Source: a bacterium (GTDB taxonomy: Bacteria > Desulfobacterota > Binatia > HRBIN30 > CADEER01). Taken from it: 64,000 bases of DNA. Position numbers and translations under genes: made by a program. Below, in pieces: positions 8,826 to 17,408 of the stretch. The DNA is taken from contig JAHBUY010000002.1 in NCBI GenBank assembly GCA_019637795.1, positions 969,606 to 1,033,605 of the forward strand, given 5' to 3'. Each line of letters starts with the position of its first letter. Position 1 is the first letter of the stretch. A model generated the notes under the pieces. The model saw nothing but the letters and a program-made list of their open reading frames with translations, was not told the origin of the DNA and did no database searches.

Positions 8826-10178
8826 GTGCGCATCCTCCTCGTATCGCCGACGCACTACAACGCCGACGGCACGTTGCATAAGACGACCCGCTACTGGACC
8901 AGCGGCCTGACGCTGGCGACGCTCAAGGCGCTCACCCCGCCGGGACACGACGTGCGCATGGTCGACGAGCTGTTCCACGACGTCGACCTCGATTTCGACG
9001 GCGACGTCGTCGGCATCACCGCCATGGGACCGCAGATCCGCCGCGCCTACGAGCTCGCCGACCACTTCCGCGGCCGCGGCCGCAAGGTGGTGCTCGGCGG
9101 CACCTGGGTGACGCTCACCGCCGAGGCGTCGCTGCGCCACGCCGACGCCGTGGTCGCCGGCGAGGCCGAATCCGTCTGGCCGCAGGTCCTCGAGGACCTC
9201 GCCGCCGGCCGCAGCCGCGGCATCTACCGCGCCGCCCAGTGGCACGACCTGCGCGGTCTGCCGCGCGTCGATTACACCAGCCTGCCGCTGCTCAAGTACG
9301 ACGCCTTCAAGCGCAGTTGGCTCTACCGCATGTACTTCCACTGGCCGATCGTCTTCTCGCGCGGCTGTCCGCACCCCTGCGAGTACTGCGCCGTGCAGAC
9401 GTTCTACGAGCGCGGCTTCCGCACCCGCCCGGTGGACGAGGTGATCGCCGACCTGGAGGCGATCAAGGCGCTCGGCGCCAACCGCATCCTGTTCCTCGAC
9501 GACAACCCGATCGGCAATCCGACCGCGGCGAAGGAGCTGTTCCGCGCCATGGTTCCGCTGAAGCTGAAGTGGGCCAGCCAGTGCACGATCAACATCGCCC
9601 GCGATCCCGAGCTGCTCGACCTCGCGGCGCGCAGCGGCTGCGTCAGCCTGTCGATCGGCCTCGAGAGCATCAACGAGGACAGCCTCGAGACGATCGGCAA
9701 ACGCTTCAATCAGCCGCGCCGCTTCGACCGCGACCTGGCGGCGATCCGCGCCAAGGGCATCCAGGTGATCGGCCTGCTGATGGTCGGCCTCGACGGCGAC
9801 ACCCTCGATACCTTCCAGCGCTCGCTCGCGTTCCTGATCGACAACAAGGTGTCGTTCCTCAAGCTCTTCACGCCCTGCCCGTACCCCGGCACCAAGTACT
9901 ACGACGACATGCTGGCCGCGGACCGGATCACCATCCAGGACTGGGGCCGCTACGACTACGGCAGCCCGATCATCAAGCCGGCGCAGATGACCGCCGAGGA
10001 GATGATGAGCGGCTTCAAGACCGTCTACGAAGGCTTCTACTCGTCGCGCGCCATCGCCAAGCGCCTCTTCCCCCCGCCCGCCGGCAGCTATCTCGAGACC
10101 CTCGCCTACCTGGTCGCCAACCTGAAGGTGAACCGCTACCTGCGCTCGCACGAGAACGCCTGGGCGACGATCTCGTGA
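8826..10178 (+). CDS. B12-binding (class B) radical SAM enzyme
   Basis: N-terminal cobalamin-binding-like domain (LLVSPTHYN...GITAMGPQ), a CxxxCxxC cluster (CPHPCEYC) and a radical SAM core. A GTG start at 8826 was chosen because the upstream part of the 694-aa ORF is a mirror image of plsC created by the palindrome. Confidence 0.7.
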   Translation: MRILLVSPTHYNADGTLHKTTRYWTSGLTLATLKALTPPGHDVRMVDELFHDVDLDFDGDVVGITAMGPQIRRAYELADHFRGRGRKVVLGGTWVTLTAEASLRHADAVVAGEAESVWPQVLEDLAAGRSRGIYRAAQWHDLRGLPRVDYTSLPLLKYDAFKRSWLYRMYFHWPIVFSRGCPHPCEYCAVQTFYERGFRTRPVDEVIADLEAIKALGANRILFLDDNPIGNPTAAKELFRAMVPLKLKWASQCTINIARDPELLDLAARSGCVSLSIGLESINEDSLETIGKRFNQPRRFDRDLAAIRAKGIQVIGLLMVGLDGDTLDTFQRSLAFLIDNKVSFLKLFTPCPYPGTKYYDDMLAADRITIQDWGRYDYGSPIIKPAQMTAEEMMSGFKTVYEGFYSSRAIAKRLFPPPAGSYLETLAYLVANLKVNRYLRSHENAWATIS

Positions 10179-10208
10179 GAACGGCGCGACGCTCTTGGCT
10201 GACGCGAC

Positions 10209-10372
10209 AAAAGACTTTCACCACGGAGGCACGGAGACACGGAGAGTACTGAGCTCGAAGCCCGCCCAGCGTTCATCCCAACGTTCATTGGAAATGGAGT
10301 GAGAAGAGGCCCCGCGCCTTCGCTGTGGCACCGAGCCCTCCGTGTCTCCGTGCCTCCGTGGTGAGGAGTTTT
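10209..10372. mobile_element. MITE-like inverted-repeat element, copy 1
   Basis: Terminal inverted repeats TTCACCACGGAGGCACGGAGACACGGAG (10217-10244) and its reverse complement (10338-10364) flank a roughly 95-bp core. The same arms recur at 48.8 kb and at the window end. Sits in a convergent intergenic region. Confidence 0.65.
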
Positions 10373-10406
10373 CTGTCTCATCGGCCTGACGGCGGAACAG
10401 CCTCGC

Positions 10407-11726
10407 TCAGAGCTCGCGTAACGTCCCGCGCACCCGGAAGAGCCCGCCGTCGGCGGTGGCGCCGAAACGTCCGCGCGCCGTCGCGTCGTCGAAGCGTCGG
10501 TGGCGCGCCGCCAGCTCGGCGGCGAGCCCGGCGTCGCCGCCGAGCAGGTCGGCGGTGCCGGACATCAGGCGCACGAAGGCGGTGCGCGCCTCGAGCGGTC
10601 CCTCGGGGTTGAGCAGCTTGCGCGCCGTCCAGAAGTACGAGTCGGGATCGGTGTGGTGGTCGTAGAAGAAGTAGAGGAACTGGCGGTAGCGCTCGAAGGC
10701 GGCGCGGTAGCGCCGGTCGTAGTCGGCGAGGGCGTCGGCCGGCGACACGTTCCCGGCCAGCAGGCGCTCGACGGCGCGCGCCGCCAGGTAGCCAGCCATC
10801 GACGCCAGGTGCACGCCCGTGGAGAACACCGGATCGATGAAGCAGGCGGCGTCGCCGGCGAGCAGGTAGCCGGGGCCGTGGAAGGCGCGGCTGTCGTAGG
10901 AGTAATCGCGGATCACCCGCACCGGCGCGACGCGCCGGGCGGCGCGCGTCCGCGCCGCCACCGGCGCGCAGGCGGCGACCAGGCGCTCGTAGAGCGGCGT
11001 CGCGTCGCCGCCCGCCTCGCCGGCGAAACGGGTGGCGTCGACCACCGCGCCGACGCTGGTGGTGCCGTCGTGCAGCGGGATGAACCAGAACCAGCCATCG
11101 GCGAAGGCGGCGGAGAGGATGTTGCCGGCGGTGTCGCCGGCCAGGGGCTCGGCGCCGGTGAAGTAGGAGAAGACCGCCAGGTTCTTGAAGAAGGGATCGA
11201 AGCGACGCTGCCCGTCGCGCCGCCCGAGCAGCGCCTGCTGGCCGCTGGCGTCGATCACCCACGGCGCCCGCGCCTCGACCGCCGCGCCGCGCTCGTCGCG
11301 GGCGGCGACCCGGTTGCACGCGCCGTCGTAGGTCACCGTCTCGACCCGATGCGCCTCGCGGACGTCGACTCCGAGCGCCGCCGCGTGGCGTAGCAGGAGG
11401 TGGTCGAACTCCGCCCGCACGACGTGGAAGGCGTGCGGCCGGCCGCCGGGATCGTCGCGGAAGTAGAAGCTCCACGGTTCGGCGCGCGCCCCCCACACGA
11501 AGGTGCCGCCCGGTTTGCGCACGAACCCGGCCGCCTCGATCGCCGGCAGCACCCCCAGCGCCTCCAGCACCGGCATGGTCGCCGACAGCAGCGACTCGCC
11601 GATGTGGTAGCGCGGAAAGCGCTCGCGCTCGAACAGCAGCACCCGCGCCCCCGCCTGGGCGAGAAACCCGGCCGCGACGCTGCCCGCCGGGCCGCCGCCG
11701 ATGACGATGGCGTCAGCGTCGAGCAT
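10407..11726 (-). CDS. flavin-dependent halogenase (tryptophan-halogenase family)
   Basis: GxGxxG FAD fold (IVIGGGPAGSVAAGFLA) plus the diagnostic WxWxIP motif (GWFWFIPL). The Met (MLDADAIV) at 11726 was verified. The 52 codons upstream are Arg/Gly-rich junk. Confidence 0.8.
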   Translation of the reverse strand: MLDADAIVIGGGPAGSVAAGFLAQAGARVLLFERERFPRYHIGESLLSATMPVLEALGVLPAIEAAGFVRKPGGTFVWGARAEPWSFYFRDDPGGRPHAFHVVRAEFDHLLLRHAAALGVDVREAHRVETVTYDGACNRVAARDERGAAVEARAPWVIDASGQQALLGRRDGQRRFDPFFKNLAVFSYFTGAEPLAGDTAGNILSAAFADGWFWFIPLHDGTTSVGAVVDATRFAGEAGGDATPLYERLVAACAPVAARTRAARRVAPVRVIRDYSYDSRAFHGPGYLLAGDAACFIDPVFSTGVHLASMAGYLAARAVERLLAGNVSPADALADYDRRYRAAFERYRQFLYFFYDHHTDPDSYFWTARKLLNPEGPLEARTAFVRLMSGTADLLGGDAGLAAELAARHRRFDDATARGRFGATADGGLFRVRGTLREL

Positions 11727-11740
11727 GCCGTGCCTTCCGT

Positions 11741-12376
11741 TCAGCGCTTGCGCTTCTTCGCCGGCGCTGGCGTCGGGGCCGCCGCGACCGCCTGCTGCAC
11801 CGGTTCGTTGTTGCTGGGCGCGCCGCCGATGATCGCCGACACCTGACCGTCCGCGCCGAACTTGACCTCGAAGGTCACCCACCGGTTGCGCCAGTAGACC
11901 CAGGTGTCGGCGCTGGTCGATGGCGTGCGGTGGGTCGGCGGATAGCCGAGCGACATCAGCACCTGCTCGCGCGTCATGCCGCGCTCGACGCGGCCGTCAC
12001 GGATGGCCGCCTGCACCGACGGCGAGAACGTCGCGAAGCGCGCGTGCGGGTCGATCTCGACCAGGACCTTGGCGAAGAACTGCTGAGAGGTCTCCTGCTC
12101 CGTCCCGTACGCCTGGGTGAGCGTGACGTTGACGTCGGCGGCGCGAAAGCTCACCGACCTGGCGGTCATGCCCGTGACCGTCGCGGGACTCCCGAACGGC
12201 AGCAGGGCGCCAACCTGATAATTGGCGTCGACCACGTCGGCCGGATTTTCATAGTGGATATTGCAGCACGTGTAGAGCTGCCGCGCCTGCCATTGCTGCA
12301 GAACGCCCGGTGCCACCTTCGCCGCGCAGCCGGCAAGCACGAGCGCCAGCGCCGCGATCGTTCGTCGAAATCGCAT
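11741..12376 (-). CDS. lipoprotein of unknown function
   Basis: Lipobox signal MRFRRTIAALALVLAGCAAK. The Met at 12376 was verified. Ends 15 nt upstream of the halogenase start on the same strand, so likely co-transcribed. Confidence 0.55.
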   Translation of the reverse strand: MRFRRTIAALALVLAGCAAKVAPGVLQQWQARQLYTCCNIHYENPADVVDANYQVGALLPFGSPATVTGMTARSVSFRAADVNVTLTQAYGTEQETSQQFFAKVLVEIDPHARFATFSPSVQAAIRDGRVERGMTREQVLMSLGYPPTHRTPSTSADTWVYWRNRWVTFEVKFGADGQVSAIIGGAPSNNEPVQQAVAAAPTPAPAKKRKR

Positions 12377-12498
12377 GCAGCCTCCTGTCCCCGCCGCCGC
12401 TGCAGTCGGCGCGGGGCGGCTCGCATCTAGACCGCGGCCGGAGCACTTCGCAACCGCCGACTCCCGGCGCGCCGCCAGGCGCATCGCCCGCGACCCCC

Positions 12499-12912
12499 TC
12501 AGCACCCGATGGCGGCGAGGTGTCCCTCCTCGGCGTAGGCGAGCAGACCGGCGTCGCGGGTGACCAGGCGGTAGCCGCAGGCGCGCGCGGTGGCGGCGAG
12601 GATGCGATCCACCGGATCGCGCGGCGGACAGCCGGGCAGGAAGGAGGAGGCGATCAGCGCGGCGGGATCGGTGGCCGCCAGGGCGACGCCGGGCACGGCC
12701 AGCAATCGCCGGAACCACGCTTCCGGGCTGATCGAGATCGTCAGCCGGCTGCGCGCCACCAGCAGGCCGATCTCCCAGGCGCTCATCGGCGACACGAACA
12801 CCGGGCGCCCCGCCGCCGCGGCCGCGTCGAGCGCCGCCGCCGCGGCGCTCGCGATCGGCTGGTCCTCGGCGATCCAGATGGCCGCGCAGGTATCGAGCAG
12901 CAACGGCATCAT
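12499..12912 (-). CDS. vapC: PIN-domain ribonuclease toxin (VapC-like)
   Basis: PIN signature (MPLLLDTCAAIWIAED...ATDPA...LVTRD). A tandem ATGATG start overlaps the stop of the upstream small gene. Confidence 0.7.
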   Translation of the reverse strand: MMPLLLDTCAAIWIAEDQPIASAAAAALDAAAAAGRPVFVSPMSAWEIGLLVARSRLTISISPEAWFRRLLAVPGVALAATDPAALIASSFLPGCPPRDPVDRILAATARACGYRLVTRDAGLLAYAEEGHLAAIGC

Positions 12913-13313
12913 TCGGCGCGGTCGCCCCACTCCGGATCCGCCGGCGCGGCGAGATCGGTGCCGGGCGCGATGCCGAGGAGACCCTTCAGGGCGCCCCGCA
13001 AGGGGTGGCGCCCCCGCGCCACGTAGGCCGGCGCCGCCTCGGCCACCGCGGGCGGCGCCGCCGGCGCCGGCTCGGCAACGCGGCGGAACACCAGCTTCCG
13101 GCCGCTCATGTCGACATTCGCGCTCTCGTAGCCAGCCCGCTTCCAGGCACGGGTGATGACACTGCTCTGCTCGTTGTTGCTCCACCACGCCCGCTGGCCG
13201 GCACTCGGGGGAAGGGGGGCACCGATGATTCGCTCGATGGCCTCGAACGTCATCGGGACCTCCTTCTCCGTCCGACCCTTCAGGTAGTCCTCCAGCGGTC
13301 CGTACTTGGACAT
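12909..13313 (-). CDS. putative antitoxin partner of VapC
   Basis: Small 134-aa ORF immediately upstream, with its stop overlapping the toxin start (ATGATGA). The Ala/Pro-rich acidic C-terminus ending ...DPEWGD is typical of VapB-type tails. Confidence 0.5.
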   Translation of the reverse strand: MSKYGPLEDYLKGRTEKEVPMTFEAIERIIGAPLPPSAGQRAWWSNNEQSSVITRAWKRAGYESANVDMSGRKLVFRRVAEPAPAAPPAVAEAAPAYVARGRHPLRGALKGLLGIAPGTDLAAPADPEWGDRAE

Positions 13314-13431
13314 GACAACTCCCTCTCGAGACTGCTGATAACAGTTTACCTACATTAAGACAACACTGTTGTTCCGCGGTCGGATCACCGCGTCAGCATC
13401 GAGTGGCACGCGAGGCCGCCGCCGATCCGCG

Positions 13432-14862
13432 CTATGCCGCGCGGCGCAGCTTGGCGCGCATGTAGACCGCGGCCGAGCTGGCCATGCGGCCGATGAAGCG
13501 CGGCTCGCTCGCCATCAGGCGGGCCATGCCCCAGAGCACGTCCGGGCGCGAGTAGAAGGCGCGGTAGCAGCGGGTGAAGGCCGCTTCCAACTCGGCCTCG
13601 CTGAGGCCGCGGGGGATGAACACGAACTGCATCGCGTTCATGCGCTGCCAGTCCTCGCTGAAGTCGCCGTGCTGGTGGATGGTCGGGTAGGCGGGGGTGC
13701 CCGGATAGGGCGTGAACTTGGTGATCTGGCAGAAGTCGAGCTCGGCGACGCGCAGGAAGGCTTCGGTCTCGCGCAGGCTGTCGCTGGTCTCGGTGGGGTG
13801 GCCGAGCATGAGGTAGCCCTTGGTGCGGATGCCCGCCTGGCGGGTCAGGCGCAGCGTCTCGCGCATGCGCGGGATGCGCACCTCGCGTTTCACGGTGTCG
13901 AGCACGCGCTGCGAGCCGGATTCGATGCCGTAGGCGATCTGCCAGCAACCGGCGCGCCGCATCAGTTGCAGGGTCGGCAGGTCGAGCAGGTTGGGATGGC
14001 TGTTGCAGCTCCAGGTGAGGTCGAGCTGGGCGTCGATCAGCGCCTGGCAGAGATCGACGACGCGCTGTTTGCGCACCGTGAACAGGTCGTCGAGGAAGAG
14101 GATGTGGCGGGCGCCGCGCTCGGCGAGCTCGCGGCACAGCGCCACGACGCGCGCGACGCCGTGCAGCCGGCCCTTGCGGCCGGAGGTCGAGCGATCGCAG
14201 AAGACGCAGGTGAACGGGCAGCCGCGCGAGGTGATGAGGGTGGCCACCGGCGTCCGCGGGTAGCCGAACAGCGTCGGCTGGAAGCGGTGGGGGAAGTCCG
14301 GCAGCAGGTCCCAGGCGGGCGTCGGCAGCGCGTCGAGATCGTCGATGTACGGGGCGCGCGGGTTGGCAACGACCATTGCGCCGCGGCGGAAGGCGACCCC
14401 CGGCAGGTCGTCGACCGCCGCGCCCTGTTCGAGCCGCTCGAGCAGGGCGAACAGCGCCACCTCGCCCTCGCCGGCGATGCCGTAGTCGAAGCTCGGGAAG
14501 GCGGTCAGCGTCCGCTCGGGCACGGCGCTGACGTGGGCGCCGCCGACGATGGTGACGACGGCGGGCCGCGCCCGCTGCACGCGCTCGGCGATGCGCGCCG
14601 CGTTGGTGACCGAGATCGTCGTCGCCGACAGTCCGAGATAGTCGGGGCGCAGCGCCTCGATGCGGCGGGCGACCTCCTCGACCGGCGTCCCCTGTCCCTT
14701 GGCGTCGATCAGGTGCACGCGATAGCCGCGCTGGCGCGCCACCGCCGCGAGCATCAGCATCCCCATGCCGGGGATCGTCTCCTCGCTCTGGCGCAGGCGG
14801 TCGCGGCGGCGGTCCCAGAAGAGATACGGCGGTTCGCAGAGGACCAGCGTTCGCCCAGCCAT
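13432..14862 (-). CDS. B12-binding (class B) radical SAM enzyme
   Basis: Cobalamin-binding-like N-terminal domain, a CPFTCVFC (CxxxCxxC) cluster and a radical SAM core (LITSRGCPFTCVFCD). 476 aa. Confidence 0.8.
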   Translation of the reverse strand: MAGRTLVLCEPPYLFWDRRRDRLRQSEETIPGMGMLMLAAVARQRGYRVHLIDAKGQGTPVEEVARRIEALRPDYLGLSATTISVTNAARIAERVQRARPAVVTIVGGAHVSAVPERTLTAFPSFDYGIAGEGEVALFALLERLEQGAAVDDLPGVAFRRGAMVVANPRAPYIDDLDALPTPAWDLLPDFPHRFQPTLFGYPRTPVATLITSRGCPFTCVFCDRSTSGRKGRLHGVARVVALCRELAERGARHILFLDDLFTVRKQRVVDLCQALIDAQLDLTWSCNSHPNLLDLPTLQLMRRAGCWQIAYGIESGSQRVLDTVKREVRIPRMRETLRLTRQAGIRTKGYLMLGHPTETSDSLRETEAFLRVAELDFCQITKFTPYPGTPAYPTIHQHGDFSEDWQRMNAMQFVFIPRGLSEAELEAAFTRCYRAFYSRPDVLWGMARLMASEPRFIGRMASSAAVYMRAKLRRAA

Positions 14863-14940
14863 GGGTCAGCGCTTACCCGCACGCCGCCGGCGCGGCAAGA
14901 TGAATCACCGCCGCGCGCCGGCCATCGGCCGCGGACCGCT

Positions 14941-15495
14941 TCACCACACGAAGGGAATCAGACGCTTCACCTGGCGGCAGTACGCGGCGTACGCGGCGCC
15001 GAGTTGCGCGTGCAGGCGCCGCTCCTCCTGCGCGGCGCGCACCGCCAGCGCGGCGAACAGCGCCAGCCAGGTCAGCGCCAGCGGCGGCCGCGCCGCGACG
15101 ATCGCCGGCGCCGCGGCGGCCATCAGGTAGGCGAGGTAGAGCGGATTGCGCACCAGGCCGAAGGGGCCGTCGCGGCGCAGCCCTGACGGCGCCTCGTCGG
15201 GCAGCGGCCGGTGCCGCAGCGGCCCGATCTGCAGCCGGGCGCGCCACCAGAAGATCTGCGCCGCGGCGTAGAGCGCGATGCCGAGGCCGCCGCGCAGGCG
15301 CGGCACCTGCGGCATGACGCTCACCGCGGCGCAGGCGAGGGTGACGTGGACGGCGACCAGCAGCGGCGCGGCGCGCACCCAGAGGCGCTCGCGCGCCGAG
15401 TAGTGGGGCAGCGCCGCGGTCATCGCCTCGGCGCGGAAGGCGAAGAAGGGGATCCAGCCGACGCCGAAGATGGCCCCGAGCGCGATCGGGATCAT
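14941..15495 (-). CDS. isoprenylcysteine carboxyl methyltransferase (ICMT)/phospholipid methyltransferase family membrane protein
   Basis: C-terminal ICMT/PEMT signature (GPFGLVRNPLYLAYL...EERRLHAQLGAAYAAYCRQVKRLIP). The Met (MIPIALG) at 15495 was verified. Its ATGA overlaps the upstream gene. Confidence 0.7.
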   Translation of the reverse strand: MIPIALGAIFGVGWIPFFAFRAEAMTAALPHYSARERLWVRAAPLLVAVHVTLACAAVSVMPQVPRLRGGLGIALYAAAQIFWWRARLQIGPLRHRPLPDEAPSGLRRDGPFGLVRNPLYLAYLMAAAAPAIVAARPPLALTWLALFAALAVRAAQEERRLHAQLGAAYAAYCRQVKRLIPFVW

Positions 15496-16490
15496 GGGCT
15501 CGTCGCCCGGCGCGCCGTCGGCAGGCGCGCCGGCGAGACGCCGAGCAGCGACAGTGCCAGCAGTCCGATCAGGACGAACAGCGTCTCGTGCAGACGCAGG
15601 ATGACGCCGACCACGAAGCCGAGATCGGCGCGCCCGGTGGTGGCGCCGACCGCGAGCACCTGTGTCGCCTCCAGCGCGCCCAGGGCCGCCGGCGTCGGCA
15701 CCGCGCGCGCCATGCCGCCACCGAGCAGCACCATCAGCAGCACCGGCAGCTCGAGGTCGAGGCCGAAGGCGCCGAGCAGCGCCCGGTACTGCAGCACCAC
15801 GACCAGCTCGATCAGCGCCGTGAGCGCGATGCCGGCGACGAAGGTGGCGCGGTGGGCGGCGAAGAACCCCAGCAGGTGGTCCTCGACGCGGCGCAACCCG
15901 TCCAGCCAACCCGCGTGGCGCCCGACCCATCGGCGGGCGCGCGACCCGTACAACGGCGCCAGTGGCCGGCCGCCGCGCCCCAGCCGCACGACCAACGCCG
16001 CCAGCAGGACCAGCAGCGCGGCGACCCCGGCGCCGACGAGCCAGGTGGCGCGCGCCGACGTGCCGGCCATGGCGGCCGAGAACACGGCCAGGTAGGCGGC
16101 CACCGCGAGCAGATTGCCGATGACCTCGAGCAGCCGGTCGATCGCCACCCCCGCGCTCGCCGACGCGAGCGGGGTCGCGCCGGCGCGCGCCAGCACGGCG
16201 CGCAGCGGATCGCCGCCCACCCGCGCCAACGGCAGCAGCGAGGCGACGCCGTCGCCGGCCAGGCGCGCCGCGGCGATCCGCCCCACGCCGACCGGCGCCC
16301 CAACCGCCGCCGCCATCACCCGCCAGCGCCCGGCCTGCAGGCCGAGCACCACCGCCGACCACGCCGCATACTCGACCAGGCCGCGCGGCGAGGCGTGGCG
16401 CAACGCCGCCAGCGCGCCGCCGAGGCCGAACCACCATGCCAGCGCCGCCAGCAGCGCGGCGCCGAGCAGCAGCGGGACGCCGCCCTTCAC
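15492..16490 (-). CDS. UPF0104 / lysylphosphatidylglycerol-synthase-TM-like (flippase-like) membrane protein
   Basis: Multi-TM protein (KGGVPLLLGAALLAALAWWF...). Inferred GTG start at 16490 overlapping the deacetylase stop (GTGA). Further upstream the ORF overlaps the deacetylase in another frame. Confidence 0.6.
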   Translation of the reverse strand: MKGGVPLLLGAALLAALAWWFGLGGALAALRHASPRGLVEYAAWSAVVLGLQAGRWRVMAAAVGAPVGVGRIAAARLAGDGVASLLPLARVGGDPLRAVLARAGATPLASASAGVAIDRLLEVIGNLLAVAAYLAVFSAAMAGTSARATWLVGAGVAALLVLLAALVVRLGRGGRPLAPLYGSRARRWVGRHAGWLDGLRRVEDHLLGFFAAHRATFVAGIALTALIELVVVLQYRALLGAFGLDLELPVLLMVLLGGGMARAVPTPAALGALEATQVLAVGATTGRADLGFVVGVILRLHETLFVLIGLLALSLLGVSPARLPTARRATSP

Positions 16491-17302
16491 TGCCACGGCG
16501 CCGCCTCCCCTGGCGGCGCGGCGACCTGCGGAAAGAGGTCGCGGATGGCGCCGAAGGCGCGCGCGCGCAACAGGCGCTCGAGGCGCGGCGCCAGGCGCGC
16601 GCGGCCGGCGCGCAGCAGCCAGCGCGCCGCGCCCGGCGCGCTCGGCGAATCGGGATCGAGCTCCCACGGATGGAGGTAGAAGACGCCGCTGCCGACGTCG
16701 CGCTCGAAGCCGCGCAGGCCGTGCGCCAGCAGGCGCGGCGGCAGCAGTCGCAGCCCCCAGCCGCTGGCCGCCGGCAGGTGCCAGAAGCGGCAGAGCCGCA
16801 GCACCGCCACCGGCACCTCCCAGAGACCGTTGTGGTGGCGGTACGGCTGCCGCGGCGAGACCAGCTCGAGCCCCGGCGGCCGGTCGTTCGGCAGGACGCT
16901 CGAGTCGTAGGAGTAGCCCGCCGCGGCGAGTTGCTCGATCGGCCAGCGCACGCCGGCGCGGATGGCGAAGTAGGGCGCGCGGTAGCCGCGCACCGGTCGG
17001 CCGCTGACGTCCTCGAGCAGCCGCCGGGCGCGCTCGACGTCGGCGCGGAACTCGCGCCAGAGTTGGTTCGCCAGGTGATGGTGGGCGTGGCCGTGACTGG
17101 CGAGCTCGTGGCCGGCGTCGGCGATGCGCCGCACCAGCGCCGGATGCCGCTCGGCGACGGCGCCGAGCACGAAGAAGGTCGCCCGCGCCCCGGCGGCCGC
17201 GAACTGCTCGAGGAGCGCGTCGGTGTTACGCTCGACCCGGCCGCCGCCGGCGGCGGCCGCGAGGCCGCCGTCGTGAAACCAGTCCTCGACGTCGACCGAC
17301 AT
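16487..17302 (-). CDS. polysaccharide deacetylase (NodB-homology/CE4) family protein
   Basis: Met (MSVDVEDWFH) at 17302 was verified. NodB-type motifs (DVEDWF, HGHAHH). Confidence 0.75.
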   Translation of the reverse strand: MSVDVEDWFHDGGLAAAAGGGRVERNTDALLEQFAAAGARATFFVLGAVAERHPALVRRIADAGHELASHGHAHHHLANQLWREFRADVERARRLLEDVSGRPVRGYRAPYFAIRAGVRWPIEQLAAAGYSYDSSVLPNDRPPGLELVSPRQPYRHHNGLWEVPVAVLRLCRFWHLPAASGWGLRLLPPRLLAHGLRGFERDVGSGVFYLHPWELDPDSPSAPGAARWLLRAGRARLAPRLERLLRARAFGAIRDLFPQVAAPPGEAAPWQ

Positions 17303-17408
17303 GGCGTGGCGCGGCGCTGTCACGGTGCGCGGAACGTAGCCCGCCGGCGGCGCCAGTTCCACGACGGCGCGGTCCCGGCGGGCGCCGCCGCGGCGCGGGC
17401 GCGGGACG

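Noticed and set aside
7974-10151. 725-aa minus-strand ORF spanning plsC and the rSAM gene, and a 290-aa plus-strand ORF at 8009-8881
   Set aside because: Low-complexity composition. They overlap two genes with clear catalytic motifs. The N-terminal mirror peptides are generated by the 76-bp palindrome.
10209-10372. Considered whether the repeated FTTEARRHG peptides indicate a small conserved protein gene
   Set aside because: The peptide arises from reading through the inverted-repeat arm in otherwise junk ORFs at two loci. Nucleotide-level conservation is confined to the arms, not a coding frame.
14941-16437. 498-aa extension of the ICMT-like ORF, and the 391-aa extension of the flippase-like ORF to 16667
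   Set aside because: Only the C-terminal 184 aa (ICMT) or 332 aa (UPF0104) show membrane-protein character. The upstream portions are Arg/Gly-rich and overlap neighbouring genes. Internal ATG/GTG starts with stop-start overlaps fit better.
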